Virus genome (UHGV): UHGV-0264650
Direction: 5' to 3' (one strand)
Length of the DNA: 15,105 bases
From: a virus
Part shown: positions 1 through 7,868 of the stretch, in pieces
How positions within the stretch are numbered: position 1 is the stretch's first letter
Layout of the letters: each line of letters begins with the position of its first letter
Notes under the pieces: model-generated
What the model saw: only the letters and a program-made list of their open reading frames with translations
The model's database searches: none
What the model was told of the DNA's origin: nothing
Position numbers and translations under genes: made by a program

Positions 1-1262
1 CCTTTGTCACCAAGCCGATCAGCTTCCGATTTCTTCTCTTTTTTCTGTTTTTTCGGCTTGTCTACTGGCTTGTCGAATCCGGTAATCGCTCCGTCATTGG
101 CAGCATTCTGTTCATTTTTCCTTGCTTCTTCTGTAGCCTGGATTGCTGCGGTCAGATCATCCTGTAGTTGCATGACCTTGCCAACGGTCTTCCCGTATTT
201 CTTCTCGTAGTTGCTGTTATATTCGTCGGTTTGCTCTCCTACTACCTCCTTCACCCATTTATAGGCGTCCATTAGTGCCTTGATTGGCGTCACCATTGCG
301 ATGATCTTCTCGGCTACCTCGCCAGCCTTGATTCTGACATCTTCAAACATGTCGATGAATTCGCCACCAGCCGTCTTCAGGGTGTTAAAGCAGGTTTTAG
401 CGAAATCAGCGCCTTCACCTAAATCCTTAACAGCTTTCGTTACAAAATCGATACCAGCAACAACCGTATCGGATACACCGAAAAGATCATCCAATTGCTC
501 AACAAGTCCCATAACCTCGACTTTAAGCTCATTCAGGGCCATGCCGGATGTGCGCGGCAACTGCGCAAACTTCTCGTTTGTTTCCTGCGTAGCCGCCTGG
601 ATTGCGTTAACCATCCTTTCTGCCGTGATCTTACCGTCCAGCATTTCGGCGCGGAATTGGCCCATTGATAACCCCATCTGGCGTGCCATTGTCTGTACGA
701 TGGTCGGGGTGTTTTCTAACAGGCTGTTGAATTCTTCAGCGCGCAACACGCCACCGTCGATAGACTGACGGAATTGACGCATTGAGTTTGACATCTGCTC
801 CGCTGACGCGCCGCCCAACGCCCCCATTTTCTGAATCGTACCTACCAGGTTAAGCAATTGCCCTTCCGTAGCGGAGGTGTTTTTTAGTGAGATAGCCAGG
901 CCTTGCCATAATTCGCCAGTATCTTTCAGGCTCTGCCCCGTCTCCCTGGATATTTCTTTCAGACCATCAAAAACCCGCCCGGCAGATTCCGCGTCGCCTG
1001 TAAGCATTTTGATTTTGACGCGTAGCATTTTGGCCTGCTCTGCCATTTCCATAAACTGTCTAACGGCCTCGGCAGCAATTAGCAGATGGATAACCCTGGT
1101 CAGTGCTTTGATTGATGTTTTCAGTGTGTTTACCTGGCGATCGGCCTGTTTAGCACCGCGCTCTATACGGTCAAAGGCCTGGTCTGCCTGTCGTTGTGCT
1201 ACAAGAAGTTGTCCTGTTTTTGCGTCAACTTCGTAATAAATTGTGCCTACACTGGTAGCCAT
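1..1262 (-). CDS. Tail tape measure protein, N-terminal part (gene continues beyond the left edge of the window)
   Basis: Open minus-strand frame from ATG at 1262 (SD GAGG 7 nt upstream) with no stop to position 1. Translation starts MATSVGTIYYEVDAKTGQLLVAQRQADQAF and contains GGVLRAEEFNSLLENTPTIVQTMARQMGLSMGQFRAEMLDGKITAERMVNAI, which matches the conserved tape-measure N-terminal motif as I recall it. Position after tail tube and chaperone fits. Not in the ORF track because no stop lies in the window. Confidence 0.8.
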   Translation of the reverse strand, partial: MATSVGTIYYEVDAKTGQLLVAQRQADQAFDRIERGAKQADRQVNTLKTSIKALTRVIHLLIAAEAVRQFMEMAEQAKMLRVKIKMLTGDAESAGRVFDGLKEISRETGQSLKDTGELWQGLAISLKNTSATEGQLLNLVGTIQKMGALGGASAEQMSNSMRQFRQSIDGGVLRAEEFNSLLENTPTIVQTMARQMGLSMGQFRAEMLDGKITAERMVNAIQAATQETNEKFAQLPRTSGMALNELKVEVMGLVEQLDDLFGVSDTVVAGIDFVTKAVKDLGEGADFAKTCFNTLKTAGGEFIDMFEDVRIKAGEVAEKIIAMVTPIKALMDAYKWVKEVVGEQTDEYNSNYEKKYGKTVGKVMQLQDDLTAAIQATEEARKNEQNAANDGAITGFDKPVDKPKKQKKEKKSEADRLGDK

Positions 1263-1564
1263 GATTTAACCTCATGCAAAATGTGATCTATGTATCTATT
1301 TTATACAAAATGTCTTTATTTTAACGATACCGTTTTGTATAGGTGATGTAGAGAAAGATAGAAGAGATGCAGGAAGGCCGGATGTCCCGGAGGAAGTGAA
1401 AGAGGATAAGAAAATGAGAAACGTAAACTACCGCCCCAACGAATATGAACGCTATGCGAACCTTATCGAAGAAATGTTAAAAACACTTAAAAAATAAACA
1501 ATATGCGTGTATAACTAAGTTAAAGAAAGCATTTAGCAAATCAGAATAATTACAGGGGTTGATT

Positions 1565-1978
1565 ATGAAACGGTTAGCAAAAATGGTGCTTGCTGTGATT
1601 GCTGCACTAGCATTTAACGCTAACGCTAACGAGGCCATAAACATTAACTGTGAAGAAGTGGCAAACCATGTAGCCGCATATCACGACATGATCAAAAAAG
1701 AACCAGCCGCACCCACAATTCTTTTTAAGGCAATTGATAAAAATTTTGAAGGTAAACCAGTTTATGCTCGTTGGTTTAATTATGGCCTTGTAAACGAGGC
1801 TGCTGTAGGCGTAGTCTTTGAAAACAACAGCGAAATAAAAAACAGGATAGCTAACGAGTGTAAAGCAAATAAAGTTGCTTTCGCTGAAAGAATTTTTAAT
1901 GAAGGCGGCGCTGGTGCAAAAAATCACGCAATTGTCGATTTAGGTAACGGTTTTATTGATATTGTTAGAATCAAATAA
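1565..1978 (+). CDS. Moron: secreted/periplasmic protein of unknown function (137 aa) with a cleavable signal peptide
   Basis: Only convincing plus-strand gene. ATG at 1565 preceded by AGGGG SD with 6-nt spacer (the ORF-track start at 1559 is a TTG). N-terminus MKRLAKMVLAVIAALAFNANA-NEA is a typical Sec signal peptide with an AXA cleavage site; the mature part has two Cys. Sits in an AT-rich segment opposite in orientation to the structural operon, behind a ~300-bp AT-rich intergenic region. Confidence 0.6.
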   Translation: MKRLAKMVLAVIAALAFNANANEAININCEEVANHVAAYHDMIKKEPAAPTILFKAIDKNFEGKPVYARWFNYGLVNEAAVGVVFENNSEIKNRIANECKANKVAFAERIFNEGGAGAKNHAIVDLGNGFIDIVRIK

Positions 1979-1993
1979 GACAAACGCCCGGAT

Positions 1994-2671
1994 CTACCGG
2001 ACTTTTTCTTGCTTGCGATTTTCCATTCTTTTTAGCGCCTTTTTAGCGGCCTCCATTTGCTCGTCATAAGCACGTTTATTTATGTGAACATTTGGTCTAC
2101 TTCTTTCATTTCTTTCGTCTGGCGGCGTTTTAGCGCGCACTGCGGCCCTGTATCCGGTCATTGTCATATTCCATGCTTCTGATTCTGACAATCCCAGGTG
2201 AGCAACGGCAGAATAAACAAACTCAAGTACGTCAAATGTCGGCTTGTACTCGCCTTCCTGGATCGCGCCCGTGTCTTCTTCCGGCCCGTCACCAATTAAA
2301 CCGTGGTACATGCAATGTTGCGCCAGCGTGATAACATCACTTGTAGGCATCAGTCCGGGTTTTAGTCTCAATTTACCAGAAGGAGTAAACCTACATTTGC
2401 CCAATAACGGGCCTGTTTCGTCGTCTGAGCAACATTTCAGGATGCGCATTGACGTTTGCACTATCTCACCATAACACCGTGCCATAATGCGATTGCGGAG
2501 GTCTGGATCTGTAGGTAATCGTGAAGGGTATTTGCTGCCGTGGATAAGTGCGAAATATTCGACAAGCTCACTATCGTTGCCGATTTTAGCCATCGCAGCA
2601 AAGCAAGGATTAAACTCATAGCGCTTACCGTTCACCACAGCCGCAAATTGCCCTGTACGAACATGGATCAT
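1994..2671 (-). CDS. Hypothetical protein, possibly a tail assembly chaperone by position (between tail tube and tape measure)
   Basis: ORF-track ORF 1994-2680; the first codon there is GTG, and the ATG at 2671 has an AGGTGA SD 5 nt upstream, so 2671 is the preferred start (MIHVRTGQFAAV...). Function is inferred from synteny only; no recognisable motif. Confidence 0.35.
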   Translation of the reverse strand: MIHVRTGQFAAVVNGKRYEFNPCFAAMAKIGNDSELVEYFALIHGSKYPSRLPTDPDLRNRIMARCYGEIVQTSMRILKCCSDDETGPLLGKCRFTPSGKLRLKPGLMPTSDVITLAQHCMYHGLIGDGPEEDTGAIQEGEYKPTFDVLEFVYSAVAHLGLSESEAWNMTMTGYRAAVRAKTPPDERNERSRPNVHINKRAYDEQMEAAKKALKRMENRKQEKVR

Positions 2672-2683
2672 AGTATTCACCTT

Positions 2684-2708
2684 AAAAGAAAAGGGGCCAA
2701 ATGGCCCC
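2684..2708 (-). terminator. Putative intrinsic terminator/attenuator downstream of the tail tube gene
   Basis: On the minus strand: GGGGCC-ATTT-GGCCCC hairpin (plus 2693-2708) followed directly by TTTTCTTTT (plus 2684-2692). Lies between the tail tube stop (2727) and the next start (2671). Confidence 0.5.
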
Positions 2709-2726
2709 GATTGTTAATATTGGCTG

Positions 2727-3203
2727 TTATGCTGGCGGAACGTCGCCTACCGTTACCTTGCCAGCGCTTTCGCACTCAATAGACCAGGTGGAAACATCAT
2801 CATGCGGATCTTCTTCTTTAAAGGAAGTGCAAAGGAATGGGCCTTCAGTTACGTCTACAGGAGAAACGATCTTCAGCCATACATAAGGTTGTGATCCGGT
2901 GGTTTCACCTGGCGTAATTACGTGGCGTTTCAGCGCTTTCTGATTATGGATTTCTTCAGTGCGGGACACACCGTCGCCGGAGAAAGAAACGGATTTGTAA
3001 GTAACCATTGATTCTTTCGTGTAATCGGCTGATTTATCGGCGGTGGCGTCAGCGGCTTCCCATTCAACGGAAAGTGTTTTACCACGCATCATGCCTAACG
3101 CTTTGTACGCTCCAGCTTCCAGCTTCGCATTTGGACAAGCGATAGCGAAGAATACAGCAACGTCACGGCCTGTAAACGTGCCTTTTTCGCAAGTCTGAGA
3201 CAT
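2727..3203 (-). CDS. Putative major tail (tube) protein
   Basis: 158-aa ORF with SD AGAGGT 8 nt upstream of ATG 3203. Position immediately upstream of chaperone/tape measure, and followed by a terminator-like hairpin as is common for highly expressed tail tube genes. Family not verified. Confidence 0.5.
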   Translation of the reverse strand: MSQTCEKGTFTGRDVAVFFAIACPNAKLEAGAYKALGMMRGKTLSVEWEAADATADKSADYTKESMVTYKSVSFSGDGVSRTEEIHNQKALKRHVITPGETTGSQPYVWLKIVSPVDVTEGPFLCTSFKEEDPHDDVSTWSIECESAGKVTVGDVPPA

Positions 3204-3216
3204 GTTAATTTACCTC

Positions 3217-3603
3217 TTATCTTGATATGATGGTTTGAAAGGCTACGGTAAAAATAAAGCGCCCTTCTCTTGTCTGTATTGCAGGAATAGCGCCAACTGG
3301 CTTCATGTGTGTAATTTTATCAGTTTTATATTCTGTTAACATACTTTGACGGATGGCATCGGCAAGGTCTTCCACCTCACTGATATTTGCATCATTACGC
3401 GCTGAAATAACCAGGATGCGGAAATAATCACGGGTTATTGCTTCCTCACCAGCCGCGCCGCCGTTTTGCTGGATCACGATGTATCTGTCATTATTCGAAT
3501 TACTTCGCTCATTCCAGAAACGGGCCTGCAAAATATAGCCTTCATCGTATCCGTGGGATTGAATCCAATCCCTTATTTCGTCGTAAACTTCGCTGCGTTT
3601 CAT
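3217..3603 (-). CDS. Putative tail completion / tail terminator protein (head-tail joining module)
   Basis: 128-aa ORF; its ATG sits in an ATGA overlap with the stop of the upstream gene (translational coupling); located directly upstream of the tail tube gene. Confidence 0.4.
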   Translation of the reverse strand: MKRSEVYDEIRDWIQSHGYDEGYILQARFWNERSNSNNDRYIVIQQNGGAAGEEAITRDYFRILVISARNDANISEVEDLADAIRQSMLTEYKTDKITHMKPVGAIPAIQTREGRFIFTVAFQTIISR

Positions 3604-4064
3604 ACTTTGTAACCTTCTACAATTTCTTTATAAATATCATCGGCGTGGTTAGGATCTTCGAATGCCTTACGCAAGAATCCAGGCTCCGCATTTGGATCCC
3701 AATAATTACCCTTTCCAGTACCACCACCAAAACTAATTACCTGTTTCGGTCCGAAATCTGAAAGGTTATTCGTTTTGCCGAAATCTTCGCGCGGCTGGCC
3801 TTTTAATGTACCCGGCATATTGTGCACCCATTCAGCGTAGCGGGCCGTATATCCCAGGCGTAATTGCATACCGTCCGCCGTGTTCCCTATGTACTGGAAC
3901 TGACTGTTAATTAAGAAGCCCGTATCGACTGGCGTCATATTAGCCGCGAAGCCACCAGCCAGCATACCGACGCGCCATAAAACTTCGTGCGTCTTTTTAT
4001 CGGTGATTTCCTTTAGCTCCTGCTTTAATCTCTCACGGACGCGTTTAACCCCCTTGATAGGCAT
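3600..4064 (-). CDS. Putative neck/tail-component protein, HK97 gp10-like by recollection
   Basis: 154-aa ORF MPIKGVKRVRERLKQELKEI...TPVDTGFLINS; size, N-terminal basic region and the TPVDTG-containing stretch resemble the HK97 gp10 family as I recall it. Unverified. Confidence 0.45.
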   Translation of the reverse strand: MPIKGVKRVRERLKQELKEITDKKTHEVLWRVGMLAGGFAANMTPVDTGFLINSQFQYIGNTADGMQLRLGYTARYAEWVHNMPGTLKGQPREDFGKTNNLSDFGPKQVISFGGGTGKGNYWDPNAEPGFLRKAFEDPNHADDIYKEIVEGYKV

Positions 4065-4066
4065 GA

Positions 4067-4435
4067 TTAACCCCCTGTCACGATCTTATAATCCGGCGTG
4101 TCGTTAAACATGCTCATATCCCATTCAACGATCCCGGTAATAACGTTGGCCCCAGCCACCAGCGGGTCGGAAATATTAGTGGTGTCGCCAGTGGCAATCA
4201 TCCAGCCGTTTTTCGGGCGCTGCACTGGCTGCATATTATGAAGCAGTTCGGTAAATACGGTTATTGTATTGCTAACCTCATTACCGTTTGTGTCTGTTGC
4301 AGTGCCGTCGGTGCGCTCCCATGCGCAGTTAATCAGGTATGGTGCGCCGTATACGTCGGCGTTTGTCCAGTCGTCATGCGTTACGGGGTAGATGGTGGCT
4401 AATGCCTTGTAACTGAATCGCGCAATCTTACTCAT
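4067..4435 (-). CDS. Hypothetical protein in the head-tail joining module (possible head closure protein)
   Basis: 122-aa ORF with SD GGAGT 7 nt upstream of ATG 4435; overlaps the upstream 63-aa ORF by 8 nt. Confidence 0.45.
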   Translation of the reverse strand: MSKIARFSYKALATIYPVTHDDWTNADVYGAPYLINCAWERTDGTATDTNGNEVSNTITVFTELLHNMQPVQRPKNGWMIATGDTTNISDPLVAGANVITGIVEWDMSMFNDTPDYKIVTGG

Positions 4436-4619
4436 AGCCGTAACTCCAGCTAATAACCTTTGGATGAGTTTTCGCCACGCGCGGGCAAAGAATTACCCAT
4501 AAGCCAGCATCATTGAGGTAGGCCGCCACCTGACGTCCGCTATCCGTTTTAACCCACACGCGGGTAAATAGTTTCGGCAATACTGGATTTGGTAATGTCA
4601 GGTCGTTCCACATTGTCAC
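4428..4619 (-). CDS. Small hypothetical protein (63 aa)
   Basis: ATG overlaps the stop of the upstream gene (ATGA); tightly packed inside the structural operon. No recognisable motif. Confidence 0.35.
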   Translation of the reverse strand: MTMWNDLTLPNPVLPKLFTRVWVKTDSGRQVAAYLNDAGLWVILCPRVAKTHPKVISWSYGYE

Positions 4620-5002
4620 ATCCTCCTGCTCTTACCAATCCACAGCCCGGCGTGCGCGGTGTTTTCTGGATCTGGTGGAATTAGTTCGGCTGTACAATGG
4701 TGTTTGTCCAGTGAGTAAAGCAACGAATAGGCCGCCTTCCATCGCTTATTAAAATCGACATAGCGGTAAGACTGGCTTGCACCGTTCGGACCAGTCTGCG
4801 AGGAAACGTATTTATCAGCCTGGCTGAGTCCTAACAGGCCAATGAGATAAAGCTGAATCAATGTTGCAGTGGAGGACGGATAATTGGCATCAAGGCATTC
4901 ATTAACGCTATTTGCCTGCTCCACCAGCAAAGATAAAACCACGTCTGGTATTTCAATCCCCTGGCTTTCGAGATATTCCCGCGCCTGTTGTGTGGTAACC
5001 AT
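4616..5002 (-). CDS. Putative head-tail connector/adaptor protein
   Basis: ORF-track ORF 4616-5038, but the ATG at 5002 has a GGAGA SD 7 nt upstream and lies just downstream of the capsid terminator, whereas the 5038 ATG sits inside the terminator hairpin with no SD. Product MVTTQQAREYLESQGIEIPDVV... First gene after the major capsid gene, the usual place for the head-tail adaptor. Confidence 0.5.
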   Translation of the reverse strand: MVTTQQAREYLESQGIEIPDVVLSLLVEQANSVNECLDANYPSSTATLIQLYLIGLLGLSQADKYVSSQTGPNGASQSYRYVDFNKRWKAAYSLLYSLDKHHCTAELIPPDPENTAHAGLWIGKSRRM

Positions 5003-5020
5003 TTTGTTTTCTCCACATAC

Positions 5021-5048
5021 AAAAAAAATCCCCGGCATTGCGCCGGGG
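5021..5048 (-). terminator. Intrinsic terminator (likely partial/attenuating) downstream of the major capsid gene
   Basis: On the minus strand: CCCCGGC-GCAAT-GCCGGGG (7-bp GC stem, plus 5030-5048) followed by A then TTTTTTTT (plus 5021-5028), 20 nt after the capsid stop at 5068. Confidence 0.65.
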
Positions 5049-5067
5049 AGCTACAGAAACATATCAA

Positions 5068-6132
5068 TCAGGTATTGCTGCCGTAGACCACTCCTGAACG
5101 ACCTTCCATGTCACGGGTGATTTGCAGACCCTCAGCGGACATGATGCGGAAGTTGTAGTTATCAGTCGGCATCATGCGCGGTAACGGTACAACACCAGTA
5201 GTCATACCAACCAGCGGGGTAATTACGCTACGGCTGCGCTGATAAGCAATGAACTCGTTGCCGGACAATGCATAGCTCTGGCGAATCTCACCAACCGGAG
5301 CGAACGGCATAATGACGCTCAGCACGCTACCGACTACAGCACCATTGACGATGTGCGGACGGGCCAGGTTAGCCATGATCTCAGGCGATACCCACATGAC
5401 GTCGTATTTAGCTACGAAGTTGGCGCGAGCCAGCTTGCCGAACTCACCAACGGTGAAGAAGTCAATGATCTTGTCGAAAACCGCAGTAGTCAGGTCGACT
5501 TTTGCGACGGTTTTTAGTTTAAGCTGCTGGGTGCTTTTGTGGTTTTTAATACCCATAGCTTTATGACCATCAACCACGATGCGATCGTTACCATTCAGGT
5601 AGAACTGGACGCGTGCTTTGTTGAATTTTTTCAGTTTCAGGCGCTGGCTATCCAGGGCAAGGTCGATGCCTACAGTATTCAAGCCCTGAGCGAGACGCCA
5701 GTTAACACCGTAACCAGCCGCGAACATCGGGATCGGGTCGCCATCGCTACCGTATTCGGTGTGATCAAAGCCGTGTGGCGCTTGACCATCCATAGACATC
5801 ACAACTTCATCATTGATGTCACCGGATACGTTGTACATTTTCAGCGTTTTACCGACTGGCAGTACGGTTTGTACACCCATCAGGTCGTTTACGATCTCAA
5901 TACCGATTTCTTCGGTGTTCAGTTCGATGATCTGGTTATCAATTTCTTTCCAGAATTCTCTTGCGAAGCCGCCGACGGCGTTACAGGCCAACATTTCAGC
6001 GGTCATGTTTGCTTTGTTTGCTGCAATCATGGCGTTATGCTGATCGTTGAAGATATTGCGTTGCGCCCACAGTTCTTTCCAATGGCTCTGCATCCGGGAG
6101 TTGGCGGCAAGGTTTTCTTTAGTAAAGTACAT
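5068..6132 (-). CDS. Putative major capsid protein
   Basis: 354-aa ORF with SD GGGGA 6 nt upstream of ATG 6132. Follows portal, F-like and scaffold-like genes, and is followed by a strong terminator. Size and position are typical of a major capsid protein; family not verified. Confidence 0.65.
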   Translation of the reverse strand: MYFTKENLAANSRMQSHWKELWAQRNIFNDQHNAMIAANKANMTAEMLACNAVGGFAREFWKEIDNQIIELNTEEIGIEIVNDLMGVQTVLPVGKTLKMYNVSGDINDEVVMSMDGQAPHGFDHTEYGSDGDPIPMFAAGYGVNWRLAQGLNTVGIDLALDSQRLKLKKFNKARVQFYLNGNDRIVVDGHKAMGIKNHKSTQQLKLKTVAKVDLTTAVFDKIIDFFTVGEFGKLARANFVAKYDVMWVSPEIMANLARPHIVNGAVVGSVLSVIMPFAPVGEIRQSYALSGNEFIAYQRSRSVITPLVGMTTGVVPLPRMMPTDNYNFRIMSAEGLQITRDMEGRSGVVYGSNT

Positions 6133-6149
6133 GTTATTCCCCTTTTAAA

Positions 6150-6578
6150 TTAAGCCACGCGAACGCGGATAAAATCTTCCGCTCCCAGGGTTACGTCTTC
6201 CCGGCAGTATGCGATGATCGGATCTGGCGCTGCCTGTTCACTTGGCGCAACAAACAGTTTCACCCCGTCGGCTGCGAGAGCAATAGCTGCACCCTTAACA
6301 TAAGCGGCTGCAGGAACAAGGAGAGCAAACTCTCGGCCCTGTTCCACATAATCAGCAACAACAGTTTCATTTGCAGCGATTGCATCAGTAATGGTTTTGC
6401 CTTCGTGGAATGCCGGGTTGACGATGTACAACTGAGCTGCACCGACATCAGCACTGGTTGCTTTTGCAAACTTACCTCCGTCCAGTTTTACCAGTTCACC
6501 TGGTTTTACTGCAACCTTAGCAGTGTAGGTTTCGGTAATGGATTTACCATCAATATTTACACGACGAAAACGAGACAT
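6150..6578 (-). CDS. Small head protein (142 aa), possibly decoration or scaffold-associated
   Basis: SD GGGGA 5 nt upstream of ATG 6578. Ala/Val-rich protein directly upstream of the capsid gene. Shares the upstream junction motif TAATT(T)AAAAGGGGA with the capsid gene. Confidence 0.5.
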   Translation of the reverse strand: MSRFRRVNIDGKSITETYTAKVAVKPGELVKLDGGKFAKATSADVGAAQLYIVNPAFHEGKTITDAIAANETVVADYVEQGREFALLVPAAAYVKGAAIALAADGVKLFVAPSEQAAPDPIIAYCREDVTLGAEDFIRVRVA

Positions 6579-6594
6579 TGTGATCCCCTTTTAA

Positions 6595-7863
6595 TTAGAA
6601 ATAGGTGTTAAAGTCCGGGACTTCGCCTTTTTTACCTTCGTTTGCTGCGTTGGTAGCCATCGGCGCTGCTTTGCCCAGGGATTTAAACATTGCTTCTAAC
6701 GCTTCACCGCTTAATGCGTTAGCAACAATTTCGCCGTGTACTTTTGCTACTGCGGCGCGTTTTTCTGCTTCTTCTTTATTTGCGTTTGCTGCGATCTCTT
6801 CTTTAATCGCTTTCTGATTGGTCTGTAATTCTTCAACGCTTGCCTGTACTGGTTTTAATGCCTCTGCTACTGCATTAGCGATATTGGCGGATAAGCCTTC
6901 GTTAATTTCTTTTACCAGTTCGGCGCGTTCTTCTTTGGTCAAAGGCATGGGATCGTCCTCCGATTTATTGGCCTTAATTTTTTCATTCAGGGAGAAAAGA
7001 TTAGAAAGGTGTTCAGCGAACTGAGTAAACCAGGATTTACTTTCCTCGTTGGTTGTAAGCTCGCCATTATTGAGAATAATTTTATCAGCCTGTTTTTCGT
7101 AGTTGTATCTTTCCGCACAGTTTTCATTAGTGGCGATCGTCACCTCTCTATCAGTGAAGTCCACCACGTATACATAATCAGCGTCAGGGAACATTTCCCG
7201 CGCGGCAGCGGTTAACTGTTTTTCAAGTGTGCGATAGCTATTTTCTTTCATTGCCACCGCCATTAACGGCTTCGCCTGGTCGGTATTAACCATTAAGCCT
7301 ACGCCCTGTTCCGGCGAAGCGGCTGGCGGCTCATGCAGCAAGATAGCGTCATGGTCGATCGACATGATTTTCACTACATGGTCAGCACCCTGGGCTTTCA
7401 TTTCTTCGGTGGCTGGCATACGCTGGCGATATACAGCGACGGACGACCAGATAGGATCTTTGCTTTCTCCTTTCTCCAGTGCTTTCAGTCGGGCTAATAA
7501 TTCGCGGCCCTGGCTTGAATGGCTGGCGGTTTCCACATCCACCCATTTTTCCACATAAACACGGTTGCCGCGTAACTCAACGTTTCTGTTCCACGCACCA
7601 CAAAAACCCGTGTTTAATCCTTCCGGGCTAAATGCTGAAACAAATTTACCGTCAACGGTTGGATGGCCCAGCGGTGCAAGTGTACCCTCCAGCGACTGAT
7701 AATTAGCGATAATTTCAGCTTCCGGGTAATACTCGCGATTCATAACAATATTAAATGGCAACGTATATGACGGGACAACAATATGTTCGCGCCCGTTATA
7801 CGTTTCCCGGCGAATGGTATTAGCGGTTAATTTGGTATTAACCTGAATTAATTCTTTACTCAC
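6595..7863 (-). CDS. Putative scaffolding / prohead protease-like protein
   Basis: ORF-track ORF 6595-7878 starts at a TTG with no SD; the GTG at 7863 has GGGAG 8 nt upstream and is the preferred start. The C-terminal third is Ala/Glu/Lys-rich and coiled-coil-like (EEIAANANKEEAEKRAAVAKVHGEIVANALSGEALEAMFK), typical of scaffolding proteins. Position between the F-like gene and the capsid gene. Confidence 0.5.
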   Translation of the reverse strand: MSKELIQVNTKLTANTIRRETYNGREHIVVPSYTLPFNIVMNREYYPEAEIIANYQSLEGTLAPLGHPTVDGKFVSAFSPEGLNTGFCGAWNRNVELRGNRVYVEKWVDVETASHSSQGRELLARLKALEKGESKDPIWSSVAVYRQRMPATEEMKAQGADHVVKIMSIDHDAILLHEPPAASPEQGVGLMVNTDQAKPLMAVAMKENSYRTLEKQLTAAAREMFPDADYVYVVDFTDREVTIATNENCAERYNYEKQADKIILNNGELTTNEESKSWFTQFAEHLSNLFSLNEKIKANKSEDDPMPLTKEERAELVKEINEGLSANIANAVAEALKPVQASVEELQTNQKAIKEEIAANANKEEAEKRAAVAKVHGEIVANALSGEALEAMFKSLGKAAPMATNAANEGKKGEVPDFNTYF

Positions 7864-7868
7864 GATTT

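Noticed and set aside
280-1236. Plus-strand ORFs 280-768 and 877-1236 (162 and 119 aa) from the six-frame track
   Set aside because: They lie antisense to the long open minus-strand frame that encodes a clear tape-measure N-terminus. The products are low-complexity Ser/Ala/Pro-rich with no SD, so they are shadow ORFs.
1607-1927. Minus-strand 106-aa ORF inside the moron
   Set aside because: It is antisense to the plus-strand gene that has an SD and a signal peptide. The product is Cys/Phe-rich junk-like, there is no SD, and it would break the operon logic.
1979-2010. Possible terminator after the moron gene (CCGG-ATCTA-CCGG followed by a T-run)
   Set aside because: The stem is only 4 bp, and the element lies inside the 3' coding end of the convergent 225-aa gene, so it is too weak to call.
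5539-6153. Plus-strand 204-aa ORF antisense to the major capsid gene, and similar plus-strand ORFs across 2244-11926
   Set aside because: These are shadow ORFs opposite well-supported minus-strand structural and terminase genes, with no SD and no coherent protein features.
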